Shown here in pieces: positions 8,004-16,090 of a DNA stretch of 64,000 nucleotides. The number at the start of each line of letters is the position of its first letter. The stretch's first letter is position 1. The position numbers and the translations under genes were made by a program. The stretch comes from a virus (lineage: Duplodnaviria; Caudoviricetes): the IMG/VR virus record IMGVR_UViG_3300024331_000007, positions 160,001 to 224,000 of that record; one strand, 5' to 3'. Below the pieces are notes generated by a model, which made no database searches, was not told the origin of the DNA, and saw only the letters and a program-made list of their open reading frames with translations.

Positions 8004-9545
8004 TTATTGTATCCATTGCACGATTACTATTCCTGTTGCACCATTTCCGCCAGAGGTTCCTGAATTTGACGATCCTCCGCCTCCGCCTGAACCAAACGCT
8101 TCTCCGTTTGAACCATTGCCAACTGATCCTCCATAGAATCCGCGACCACCACCACCAAAAATACTGGCTCCGCCAGTTACGCCTGCTGATGATGAATTTG
8201 AGGTTCCTGTTGATCCGTCTCCACCATTAACCGAATCGGCATCTCCGCCTGTAGGAGTTCCACCAGCACCACCGTAATTTGCATTCGGAGAGTTTCCGCC
8301 AACACCACCTCCGCCGCCTCCACCAGTCACAGTTGAAATTGTTTGAGTTCCGCTGGCAATTGCTGAATTATTACCATTTCCGCCGCCTGTTCCCGCTGAT
8401 CCTATTCCTCCAGTACCAACAGTAACAGCAATCGTATTTCCTGATGTATATCCAGTTGACAGAACTTTCGCCGCAGCGCCTGCTCCACCACCTGAACCAC
8501 TAACGCCCGATGCACCACCACCACCTGCTCCACCACCTCCGACTATTGTCCATTGAAATGCGGTGCTGGTTGTAACTCCCGCTGGAATAGTAAATGTTCC
8601 AGAAGTAGTAAATGTCTGCTTATGCAATGTTTGGGTGAAGCATCCCAAAGAACTTCCAGTTGTTGATATTCCAATTGTTGCTTGACCCGCTGCGCAGGTA
8701 GTAGGAGAAGATGCAAATGCAGTTGCTGTTCCTGCATTTCCAGTAATAGCAATTGCCCAAGTTCCTGATGCGCCTGTTCCTGTTACGCTGGGCGCTCCGA
8801 TAGTATTATATGAAACAATAAAAGCAGTGGAACCATTATATACTTGTGGCGATGATGCTCCCGATCCACCACTATTAAAGGTTAATGTGCTTGCAACTGA
8901 ACCAGACTGCCCCGTAATGTTTATTGGCCATGTTCCAGATGCTCCAGAACCAGTAGTTGACGGTGCGCCAAAGCTATGAAAGTCATATGTTATTGCAGAA
9001 GAACCATTAAATGTTGTACCGGGCGCAGCACCACCTGATGCTGCTGCGGTCAACGCATTTGTTGTCGCTCCAGTACCTGAAATTGTATTACATCCAAATG
9101 TTTGTGTTGAATTGTCAAAGGTTAATGCATTTGACCCACCACTACAACTTAGAAGTGTCTTCCACGAACCTGTTCCTGCTCCAGTTCCAACAAAAATTTG
9201 ATTTATAGCGTCAGAAAGGGTGATGGAAATTTGGGGTGTTGTTGTTTGATTAGCAACATTGAGCGCAAACATACTATTTGAACCAGTTGGAGAAACCTGT
9301 GTTACTGTTCCAGTTCCAGCCGAAATTGTCACGCATTGAAATACATGAGGTGTAACTGAATCATTATACTGAAGTGCATTATTCAGACCGTGACAAGTTG
9401 GCACTGGACCAGTTCCGCCATATAATGTCCCCAAAACACCCTTTACCTGAATAGGTGTTGATGGGCCTAAATTTATTTGTTGAGCCTGAGCAACGAAGGG
9501 GATTGAAAGCATCAAAACTGCCAGAACTGTGAATAATCTTTTCAT
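8004..9545 (-). CDS. Gly/Ser/Thr-rich tail-fibre-like protein with N-terminal signal-peptide-like sequence
   Basis: Start MKRLFTVLAVLMLSIPFVAQA after SD GAGG; internal GASGTWxIxITG repeat; glycine-rich C-domain (TFTTSGTFT...GGGGGG...GIVIVQW). Confidence 0.7.
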   Translation of the reverse strand: MKRLFTVLAVLMLSIPFVAQAQQINLGPSTPIQVKGVLGTLYGGTGPVPTCHGLNNALQYNDSVTPHVFQCVTISAGTGTVTQVSPTGSNSMFALNVANQTTTPQISITLSDAINQIFVGTGAGTGSWKTLLSCSGGSNALTFDNSTQTFGCNTISGTGATTNALTAAASGGAAPGTTFNGSSAITYDFHSFGAPSTTGSGASGTWPINITGQSGSVASTLTFNSGGSGASSPQVYNGSTAFIVSYNTIGAPSVTGTGASGTWAIAITGNAGTATAFASSPTTCAAGQATIGISTTGSSLGCFTQTLHKQTFTTSGTFTIPAGVTTSTAFQWTIVGGGGAGGGGASGVSGSGGGAGAAAKVLSTGYTSGNTIAVTVGTGGIGSAGTGGGNGNNSAIASGTQTISTVTGGGGGGGVGGNSPNANYGGAGGTPTGGDADSVNGGDGSTGTSNSSSAGVTGGASIFGGGGRGFYGGSVGNGSNGEAFGSGGGGGSSNSGTSGGNGATGIVIVQWIQ

Positions 9546-9555
9546 TGTTAACCTC

Positions 9556-10104
9556 TTACCCAAAAATAATGATCTTTCCCGAAACATTGATGTCAGATGA
9601 AATCCCATAAACATTAGCTGAATCGAATCCTGCTGCAACATTTGACGTATCAAGCCAGAATTGCCCCAATGAATTTGCATTTGTCATAGTAAATGTTACA
9701 GCAACGGGAGTATGACCAACAGAATGTCCAAATACAAATGGTCCAGCAGCAGACGAAACAAAAGAAGATACTCTAATATTAGCTGTTCCCGATGAACCCG
9801 CAGTTCCTTGATTTCCCTGTGGTCCTGTAGCTCCAGCAGTGCCTTGATTTCCTTGAGGACCAGCAACACCTGCAGTTCCTTGATTTCCCTGTGGTCCTGT
9901 AGCTCCAGCAGTGCCTTGATTTCCTTGAGGACCAGCAACACCTGCGGTTCCTTGGTTTCCCTGTGGGCCTTGAGGACCAGCACCAATAAAAGATATCAAC
10001 TGCGAGATTGAGGCACTTTCCGTGGTCGAATTTTGAACAATTGGAAAAATTGCAGTATTCGCAATCGATCCCGCTGCGGGAAGTTGACTAATTTTTATAG
10101 ACAT
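9556..10104 (-). CDS. collagen-like (GXY) fibre protein
   Basis: [10 protein letters not shown]-terminus; [10 protein letters not shown] repeats. Confidence 0.8.
   Translation of the reverse strand: MSIKISQLPAAGSIANTAIFPIVQNSTTESASISQLISFIGAGPQGPQGNQGTAGVAGPQGNQGTAGATGPQGNQGTAGVAGPQGNQGTAGATGPQGNQGTAGSSGTANIRVSSFVSSAAGPFVFGHSVGHTPVAVTFTMTNANSLGQFWLDTSNVAAGFDSANVYGISSDINVSGKIIIFG
9801..9976. repeat. coding tandem repeat (36-nt units; 72-nt dimer twice)
   Basis: Encodes [12 protein letters not shown] / [12 protein letters not shown]. Confidence 0.9.
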
Positions 10105-10148
10105 GTGTTGAATACTCCAATCGTGATTCTGTTATATTTATGCCAACC

Positions 10149-10182
10149 AAAACAAAACCGCGAATCTTTCGACTCGCGGTTC
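10149..10182 (-). terminator. intrinsic terminator
   Basis: AACCGCGA/TCGCGGTT stem plus TTGTTTT. Confidence 0.75.
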
Positions 10183-10209
10183 TGGCTATTTCTATTAATT
10201 GTATTTTGG

Positions 10210-10794
10210 TTATCCCAATGGTTGTTCGTATGTTTCGAAGAAAAGGTACTCTCTCCACATTGGGTCACTCTCGCCCATATTCCTGAGAATGAAACGACTT
10301 GTGTGCGAACTCAATGGTTTTGGTGTGTATCTCAGCTTCATATCCTTCAATTCGCTCAACAATTTGTCACCCTTATGCTTGTTACAAGGCATACAGCAAG
10401 TAACAAGGTTTTCCCATGTATTCTTACCACCACGGGAACGCGGGTAAACGTGATCCATTGTCAATTTGCTAGTTGGAAAGACTTCTCCGCAATATAGACA
10501 CATGTTCTTATCACGATTGAAGATGTTCTTTCTCGTGACAATCTGTGTCCTGATTGGAATATAACGGTACTCCAAAAGCCTAATAACACTCGGCAGAAAG
10601 AAGTCAACCGTTACCAATTCACCCGTGTGTTCGTCCCACATTTTACCACTGTAGAACATTTTATCCTCGTGAACCTTTTCAGCCTTAGCCGCACCCTTGA
10701 CAATGAGTTTCATTGCCCTTTTGGCGCTGCAAATATTCAGCGGCTCAAAAGCGTTGTTGAGAACCAAAACGGGTTTTTGACATAGGGTAGACAT
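10210..10794 (-). CDS. HNH endonuclease (McrA/HNH_5-like)
   Basis: CLYCG...LTMDHVYPRSRGG..TWENLVTCCMPCNKHKG. Confidence 0.9.
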   Translation of the reverse strand: MSTLCQKPVLVLNNAFEPLNICSAKRAMKLIVKGAAKAEKVHEDKMFYSGKMWDEHTGELVTVDFFLPSVIRLLEYRYIPIRTQIVTRKNIFNRDKNMCLYCGEVFPTSKLTMDHVYPRSRGGKNTWENLVTCCMPCNKHKGDKLLSELKDMKLRYTPKPLSSHTSRFILRNMGESDPMWREYLFFETYEQPLG

Positions 10795-10816
10795 TTTGTA
10801 CCTCTTTCTGTATTAT

Positions 10817-11122
10817 TTACTGCTCCAACTTCCGAATCATTTGTTGCTCAATTGACTGCCATGCGGCATTCCATGCACGAAGTTTCGACTTTTGCCAGCC
10901 ACTGAGGAATCTCCATGACTCAAGTCCAATTATCTCAAAATAGGTTGTTTTGAATACCTTGTTTGGGTCCACATCATTTTCTGGTGAAAAATATCCAATG
11001 ATAAACTTCGCTGTCGCAGCCCATTCCGATGAATATGAATTTGTATTAGAGTCCAAATCCTCAGCAACTAATGCATTTGGATAAATGGCCCGTACTTTGT
11101 CCTTCGATGTTTGTCTTTTCAT
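10817..11122 (-). CDS. hypothetical; V-x-x-x-[YF]P-x-A family; C-terminal LEQ tag
   Basis: KVRAIYPNA...AWNAAW...MIRKLEQ. Confidence 0.6.
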   Translation of the reverse strand: MKRQTSKDKVRAIYPNALVAEDLDSNTNSYSSEWAATAKFIIGYFSPENDVDPNKVFKTTYFEIIGLESWRFLSGWQKSKLRAWNAAWQSIEQQMIRKLEQ

Positions 11123-11520
11123 TTCTCAAACTTTTGAAGCATTATTTGCTGAATCATAACCCATGTGCTTATCCAAGCTTCGTCAATCGTTTCGGACCAT
11201 CGTCCTTTTAATCTGAAATGTGAATTTACCCTCTGATAATCACCTGTAATCATCAGCAATTCTTCCGATGTAATGAGAGTCGGCTCTCCGACTCCGTACA
11301 ACTTCAGTGCATGAACATGATTAGTATACTTGTGAGTATCCTTGAATACGATTGCGTTTGGAAATATCCCTCTTACCTTTGAAATGACATCCTGAATCTC
11401 AGTAGAAACCGATGGCATTGGCTCGTACTTCCACTCTTTAAACGTAGGTCCGACAAACCAATCGTTCGAGTCATCCAATCCCATGTGTTTTCCTTTACTT
11501 GTTGAATTTCCAAATTTCAT
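11119..11520 (-). CDS. hypothetical; paralog of 10817
   Basis: KVRGIFPNA...EAWISTW...MLQKFEK. Confidence 0.6.
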   Translation of the reverse strand: MKFGNSTSKGKHMGLDDSNDWFVGPTFKEWKYEPMPSVSTEIQDVISKVRGIFPNAIVFKDTHKYTNHVHALKLYGVGEPTLITSEELLMITGDYQRVNSHFRLKGRWSETIDEAWISTWVMIQQIMLQKFEK

Positions 11521-11839
11521 TTAACTGCCGTTGGGCAATCGAATAGTTTCTAAACTTTTTCTCATGGGTTTTTAGCTGATCTTGTATTCTTTTTAAGCGA
11601 GGTAAAATATCTTTGTGAAATGATTCTATGACCGCTGATTGCCCATTTTTGTTTACATAACTAGTGTAAACCAAATTTTGAAAAGAGTCAAGAGAAAAAT
11701 AAAATTCGGTCAATTCTCTGTCAAGCTCAATCATTTCAACAACTAACGATGGCAATCTCGATGCCCACGATAGCTCTTGCGCAGCAAGCATCGCATCAAA
11801 AATTAGATATTTGGCTTCATCCTGCGTCATTTCCGCCAT
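11495..11839 (-). CDS. hypothetical protein
   Basis: ORF track. Confidence 0.55.
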   Translation of the reverse strand: MAEMTQDEAKYLIFDAMLAAQELSWASRLPSLVVEMIELDRELTEFYFSLDSFQNLVYTSYVNKNGQSAVIESFHKDILPRLKRIQDQLKTHEKKFRNYSIAQRQLNEIWKFNK

Positions 11840-12023
11840 TTGGCTTTGCTCCGTAGTCCGTCACATACCAACCATTGCCCTTAAAATGCAATGCGGAACT
11901 GGTCAATGGTCTTTCAACTGGTTCTCCGCATACAGGACAAACCTTTTCCTCAGGTGCTTTGAAACTCTGCAACTTCTCGTAAACATGTTCACATTTTGTG
12001 CAGCGATACTCATATAACGGCAT
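11817..12023 (-). CDS. FmdB-family zinc-ribbon protein
   Basis: MPLYEYRCxxC...CPxCG...FKGNGWYVTDYG. Confidence 0.88.
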   Translation of the reverse strand: MPLYEYRCTKCEHVYEKLQSFKAPEEKVCPVCGEPVERPLTSSALHFKGNGWYVTDYGAKPNGGNDAG

Positions 12024-12037
12024 ATCAATATTTATCC

Positions 12038-12382
12038 TCATCGAACATGAAAATCACAACGAACACTGAGCCAACCATCAATTCGTTTGAATCCCTTGTC
12101 TCCGCATCTGTCACAAGTTTCATTGCTTTTGCGTTCGGCTTTATCAATTGCAATATCTGTCTCTTCGTTTCCGCCAGAAGTGTAAACTCGTAAGTCGCCA
12201 AACTTTTCTTTGATTTGATCGATATGAAACTCTGGCAAATCTTTAGTCAAAACAAGAAGTTCGTCAAACAGTTCTTTTATGATTAATAACCAACCATCGC
12301 CGACCTCGAATCCATAAGATCGACGGCCTTGAAACCACGAAGCAGGATAGTTGGAACGTAATTGTTCCCTCAACTCTTTCAT
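12038..12382 (-). CDS. conserved phage protein (GW...QIKEKFG-LR-Y...CxxCG family)
   Basis: VGDGW, QIKEKFGDLRVY, CDRCG. Confidence 0.75.
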   Translation of the reverse strand: MKELREQLRSNYPASWFQGRRSYGFEVGDGWLLIIKELFDELLVLTKDLPEFHIDQIKEKFGDLRVYTSGGNEETDIAIDKAERKSNETCDRCGDKGFKRIDGWLSVRCDFHVR

Positions 12383-12402
12383 TTGAACTCTCTTTCCAGT
12401 AG

Positions 12403-12777
12403 TTACCAGCTTACAATCACCGATCTAAAATCTTGATCTGATAACTTACAAGCCAACCCTTTTAATGGCAACATTTGACACAGCATAATTTTAATGTGCA
12501 TTAATTTCCACTCTTCTTGGTAACCATTGTTACCACATTTAAACTCAAGATTATATTTCTTCTGCCTAATTGCGTAAGCAATTTCGTCCTGTAATTGACT
12601 AATCAACCTTGGCATATCTTTTTCTGCTTCGCATCTACCAGCTTCCATCTGAAGCATTACTCTTGTGTGGGTTTCGCGTTGGTTTTTACGATCTTCCTCC
12701 TGCCTGAGTTTTTCTTTCTCAATCCTCTCAAGCATTGCTTTATTTTCTAATTTCTCCACTGACTCGATATCAATCAT
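12403..12777 (-). CDS. coiled-coil protein, tandem paralog 1 of 3
   Basis: MIDIESV...LACKL...VSW. Confidence 0.65.
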   Translation of the reverse strand: MIDIESVEKLENKAMLERIEKEKLRQEEDRKNQRETHTRVMLQMEAGRCEAEKDMPRLISQLQDEIAYAIRQKKYNLEFKCGNNGYQEEWKLMHIKIMLCQMLPLKGLACKLSDQDFRSVIVSW

Positions 12778-13151
12778 ACTCACCAACTTATCTCAAGTTT
12801 GTTTACACTAGGCTTCAATCGGCACACAAATCCGCTGAGTGTTAATGTCGGTATCAACAACGAAACCAAAAAGGTATCCTTTGGTGATTCGCCAATTGTA
12901 TAATGAACAACATTTGACATTCCGCCCTTTACCACTCTTCTGATGCGATCTTCAATCGTTTGCAATTCATCAGGAAATTCTTGTTCCGCAGTTGCCTGTG
13001 CGTTTAGCATACGATCAAAAATCAGTTTCTGACTTTCAATCTCACTTTCTAGCGCAACAAGTTCTTCCTTATATTTCTCGTCAATTTTTTGCCGCTGAAT
13101 TGCACGGACTTCCTCAAGGTTTATCATACTCACCAACTTATCTCAAGTTTG
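12773..13151. repeat. 29-nt identical direct repeat (12773-12801 and 13123-13151)
   Basis: ATCATACTCACCAACTTATCTCAAGTTTG twice, 350 nt apart, spanning gene junctions. Confidence 0.85.
12780..13127 (-). CDS. coiled-coil protein, tandem paralog 2 of 3
   Basis: MINLEEV...FVCRL...KLEISW. Confidence 0.65.
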   Translation of the reverse strand: MINLEEVRAIQRQKIDEKYKEELVALESEIESQKLIFDRMLNAQATAEQEFPDELQTIEDRIRRVVKGGMSNVVHYTIGESPKDTFLVSLLIPTLTLSGFVCRLKPSVNKLEISW

Positions 13152-13480
13152 CCTTCGGTTAAACGGCATACATATCCATGCAATGGCAGAACATCCAATA
13201 GCATCTTGACAAGGTAGGTATCGCGAACGTTCCATGAATATTGAAAAGTAAACATTGATCCGCCGTTTGAAACATTTTCTCTAATATTGCATTCGATGCT
13301 TGCCAAAACAGTAGGAAATGCTTCTTCTGCTTTTTCACGATCAAGTTCAGCATCAATTAATTTCTGTTTTTGTTTGTCAGCGGCAGCTTGCAACGATAAT
13401 GTTTTGTTGCGTCGTTCAATTTCAATCTGTCGTTCAATTCTTTCCAATTGAAGTTTTCTAATTTCTTCAAGTTCAATCAT
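13130..13480 (-). CDS. coiled-coil protein, tandem paralog 3 of 3
   Basis: MIELEEI...YVCRL...KLEISW. Confidence 0.65.
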   Translation of the reverse strand: MIELEEIRKLQLERIERQIEIERRNKTLSLQAAADKQKQKLIDAELDREKAEEAFPTVLASIECNIRENVSNGGSMFTFQYSWNVRDTYLVKMLLDVLPLHGYVCRLTEGKLEISW

Positions 13481-13926
13481 GCTCTCAATGCCTCTCGAAT
13501 CTCCATCAACATTCTGCCAAGATGGTTTTCTCCAACTCCTTCGCACATCCCCCAATACGTGTCATTCCACGTATTATCCTCAATCAATTCAGCATCACCT
13601 GTTGCCAACAGCAATTCTCTGTAAAAAGGATGTGTGAACTTCTGAACAAGAACTTCCATCATCACATCATTCTTGATTGTCTGCCAATCAGGTCGCAAGG
13701 TAACTGTGTATCCGAGTTTCTTTGATTCACCGGGAGTTTTTGCTTGAGCAACCGCGAGTCGTTCTTCTCTAATTAAAGTCTTTGATGCTTGGAAAGCGTG
13801 TTCGGTTGTAGCGCACGAAATTTTTCCACCAGCACAATCATCGATCCAGATTGTCATGCTATCGGCTGAATGAAAATTACTGAGGAATCTAAACGGACCA
13901 AAAAAGCCTAATATACGGTTGCTCAT
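13477..13926 (-). CDS. NADAR (YbiA/DUF1768) family protein
   Basis: FLSNF, TEHAFQASK, KKLG...LRPDW, KFT, LLATGDAELIE...DTYWG...GENHLGRMLMEIR. Confidence 0.92.
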   Translation of the reverse strand: MSNRILGFFGPFRFLSNFHSADSMTIWIDDCAGGKISCATTEHAFQASKTLIREERLAVAQAKTPGESKKLGYTVTLRPDWQTIKNDVMMEVLVQKFTHPFYRELLLATGDAELIEDNTWNDTYWGMCEGVGENHLGRMLMEIREALRA

Positions 13927-13980
13927 AATACACATCCTTTGCATTAGTATAGCTCTTTTGAATGAGAGGGTCAAGACCAA

Positions 13981-14005
13981 AAGAAAAGGTCAGCTTTCGC
14001 TGACC
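13981..14005 (-). terminator. intrinsic terminator after tRNA cluster
   Basis: GGTCAGC-GAAA-GCTGACC plus TTTTCTT. Confidence 0.85.
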
Positions 14006-14019
14006 AAATTCTTGAATTA

Positions 14020-14102
14020 TGGAGCTAATGGAGGGAATCGAACCCACGGTGTTTGTATGGCAGTTTACAAAACTGCTGCTGTCGCCACTGAGCCACATTA
14101 GC
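14020..14102 (-). tRNA. tRNA-Thr(TGT), enlarged unpaired variable loop
   Basis: GCTAATG/CATTAGC; GCAGT-TTTGTAA-ACTGC; variable region CATACAAACAC; CCA. Confidence 0.85.
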
Positions 14103-14744
14103 TTAAATTGTTCGGCCTTTATACCATCCAACAGGAATCTCTGAATCTTTGGCCGTCTTCTTATTTATGCTTCCGTTAGTAATCCACATCGTTCCAAACT
14201 GAGTATTCTTTGGACCTTGAGAATGGCCTATTCTTGCGAGAGTTGCATATCTTTTCTTATTTGCTTCTTCAGTTTGAGCCTGTTGAATTGCCTTTGCTTG
14301 ATACTTTTTACGATCTTCTTCGCTCATTGCGAATATTCCCCGTTTTAAGTCTCTAGCTCTCACTCCACCCTTCGAATTGATTTCTTGTTTTCGTTCTTTC
14401 GAGTAGCCGTGTATCCCAAGTTTCTTTTTGACAATTACCAATCCACCCGCCAACTGCTCTTGAGGTGTCCAACCGCCCTTCCCACCCAAATGAACATTAT
14501 AGGTGTCTTTACGAGCAATAAATTCTTCGTTAACCAACTCTCGCTCTTTTTCAAACATTTCGGAGCGTGTAACAAAGTTGAATAACGTCACTCGTTTGAA
14601 GTTTTCAGGTCCGTACTTCTTTACAGCCTTTCGGAAGATGCGACCAGACCCTAAGTATCCATCATCAATATTATCGGTAATGTGTGTTCCGATGTATATT
14701 TTTCCATTGATGAGATTTGTGGTTTGGTACACTGTGTAATGCAT
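14103..14744 (-). CDS. GIY-YIG homing endonuclease (Seg-like)
   Basis: YTVYQTTNLINGKIYIGTH...YLGSG...E; C-terminal NUMOD-like WITNG...GWYKGR. Confidence 0.9.
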   Translation of the reverse strand: MHYTVYQTTNLINGKIYIGTHITDNIDDGYLGSGRIFRKAVKKYGPENFKRVTLFNFVTRSEMFEKERELVNEEFIARKDTYNVHLGGKGGWTPQEQLAGGLVIVKKKLGIHGYSKERKQEINSKGGVRARDLKRGIFAMSEEDRKKYQAKAIQQAQTEEANKKRYATLARIGHSQGPKNTQFGTMWITNGSINKKTAKDSEIPVGWYKGRTI

Positions 14745-14750
14745 TTGATT

Positions 14751-14825
14751 TGGAGCCTCGTGACGGAACTGACCCGTCAACTAAACTTTACAAGAGTCTT
14801 ATTTTTCCAGTTAAACTAACGAGGC
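14751..14825 (-). tRNA. tRNA-Thr(TGT), non-canonical T-loop
   Basis: GCCTCGT/ACGAGGC; AGACT-CTTGTAA-AGTTT; T-loop GTCAGTT instead of TTCRA; CCA. Confidence 0.75.
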
Positions 14826-14832
14826 AAAACAT

Positions 14833-14904
14833 CGCAGTGGTTCGGGGTGCTGTCCTCATATTGAGGCCCGTATATTGCTTACGTCTACCAGTGAATCCAC
14901 TGCG
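14833..14904 (-). ncRNA. structured tRNA-spacer element (tRNA-like, no T-loop)
   Basis: 8-bp terminal stem CGCAGTGG/CCACTGCG enclosing CGTA/TACG and CCTCA/TGAGG hairpins. Confidence 0.45.
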
Positions 14905-14911
14905 GGAATGT

Positions 14912-14986
14912 TGGAGCCGAATAACAGACTTGAACTGTTTCCTTATCTTTACGAGAGATATATTCTACCAGTTAAAATAATTCGGC
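14912..14986 (-). tRNA. tRNA-Thr(CGT)
   Basis: GCCGAAT/ATTCGGC; TATCT-CTCGTAA-AGATA; GTTCAAGT; CCA. Confidence 0.88.
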
Positions 14987-15004
14987 AAAACTTATATTTT
15001 GGGG

Positions 15005-15334
15005 TTAATAGACTTCAATGCCATATACTTCCCCGCCGATCCACGTATCCTTTCTTACCATTGTTCACCGCCGATGTAGGTATCTTTGCTGATAATCTTA
15101 ATCTTGCGGCCCATACCATCACACGAATCAAACTCGTGACCGCGAATGCCTGTGTTCGGAGCGTCAAAATCATGTCCAATCGTTAGGGTCATATCGTCTC
15201 TCTCGGATGGAGCTAGTTTGTTTCTGTTCGTTTAAGAAATCTTCCTTAGCCCAAAGTCTCTTTTTCCATTCTGGTAACTGTTCGTACTTTTTCTCAGCCT
15301 GTTCAAAAACTCTTACTAACCACTTGCCTTCCAT
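15005..15334 (-). CDS. three overlapping micro-ORFs (15170-15334, 15055-15192, 15005-15061)
   Basis: Hand translation; last two share KDT[Y/W]IGGE. Confidence 0.4.
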
Positions 15335-15348
15335 AACACATCCTAATT

Positions 15349-15423
15349 TGGAGCCGATTTAGGGAATTGAACCCTAGTTTCAACCATACCAAGGTAGCGT
15401 AATAGCCACTATACGAAATCGGC
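15349..15423 (-). tRNA. tRNA-Thr(GGT)
   Basis: GCCGATT/AATCGGC; CTACC-TTGGTAT-GGTTG; GTTCAATT; CCA. Confidence 0.9.
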
Positions 15424-15438
15424 GTAAATCTAAAAATT

Positions 15439-15513
15439 TGGCTGGTCCACAAGGATTCGAACCTTGAATGTCTGAGTCAGAGTCAGAAGTGATAGCCGTT
15501 TCACCATAGACCA
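15439..15513 (-). tRNA. tRNA-Gln(CTG)
   Basis: TGGTCTA/TGGACCA; TCTGA-CTCTGAC-TCAGA; GTTCGAAT; CCA. Confidence 0.92.
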
Positions 15514-15520
15514 ATATACT

Positions 15521-16078
15521 TTATTTAGCACACGAAACATGTCTCTTTGCCGTCCATGTGTCTTTTGCACCATTTTTGTGCTCATTTACCCATTTTATTA
15601 TGTATTCCTTCAACTGTTTATGCCATTTTACTTTGTCAAAACCAGTTGGAGTCCAATGTTGACTGTCACTTCTCTGCGCATTCTGCAAATACTCGTTAAT
15701 CTCACCTGTCATTGATACCATCGGCAAATAAATCCAACGAGGTGTGTAAGCAAAAGACAGCTTATCAGCAAAACACAACTGAGAAGGGTCTTTATCATGC
15801 TTTTTGGCATAGTATCGACTATGATACAGGCAAAAATCGCCCCATTTGTCGCCAAACAGTTTGCGCATAATTCCTGCGCCAAATTCTACGTGTGTCTCGC
15901 CTTCTGGTCCATCCATGTTTGGTTTTCCAAAATAGCCAAAATCGTGTACAAAAAATGCAACCCATAATCTAGGGTCTAATGGAAAACCATACAACTCATA
16001 CCACGCTCGTGCCACAAAAAATGGATGTAGGAAAAAGCAGTGAGCGCCAAATAAAACGCTCTTTGTTCCAATTCTCAT
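15521..16078 (-). CDS. HD-superfamily phosphohydrolase-like protein
   Basis: H...VHDFGY...H...YHSR...ADK pattern; SD GAGG. Confidence 0.6.
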   Translation of the reverse strand: MRIGTKSVLFGAHCFFLHPFFVARAWYELYGFPLDPRLWVAFFVHDFGYFGKPNMDGPEGETHVEFGAGIMRKLFGDKWGDFCLYHSRYYAKKHDKDPSQLCFADKLSFAYTPRWIYLPMVSMTGEINEYLQNAQRSDSQHWTPTGFDKVKWHKQLKEYIIKWVNEHKNGAKDTWTAKRHVSCAK

Positions 16079-16090
16079 AATCCTCAAATG

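Noticed and set aside
9801-9976. Tandem repeat as a non-coding repeat element
   Set aside because: It is fully explained by collagen GXY coding.
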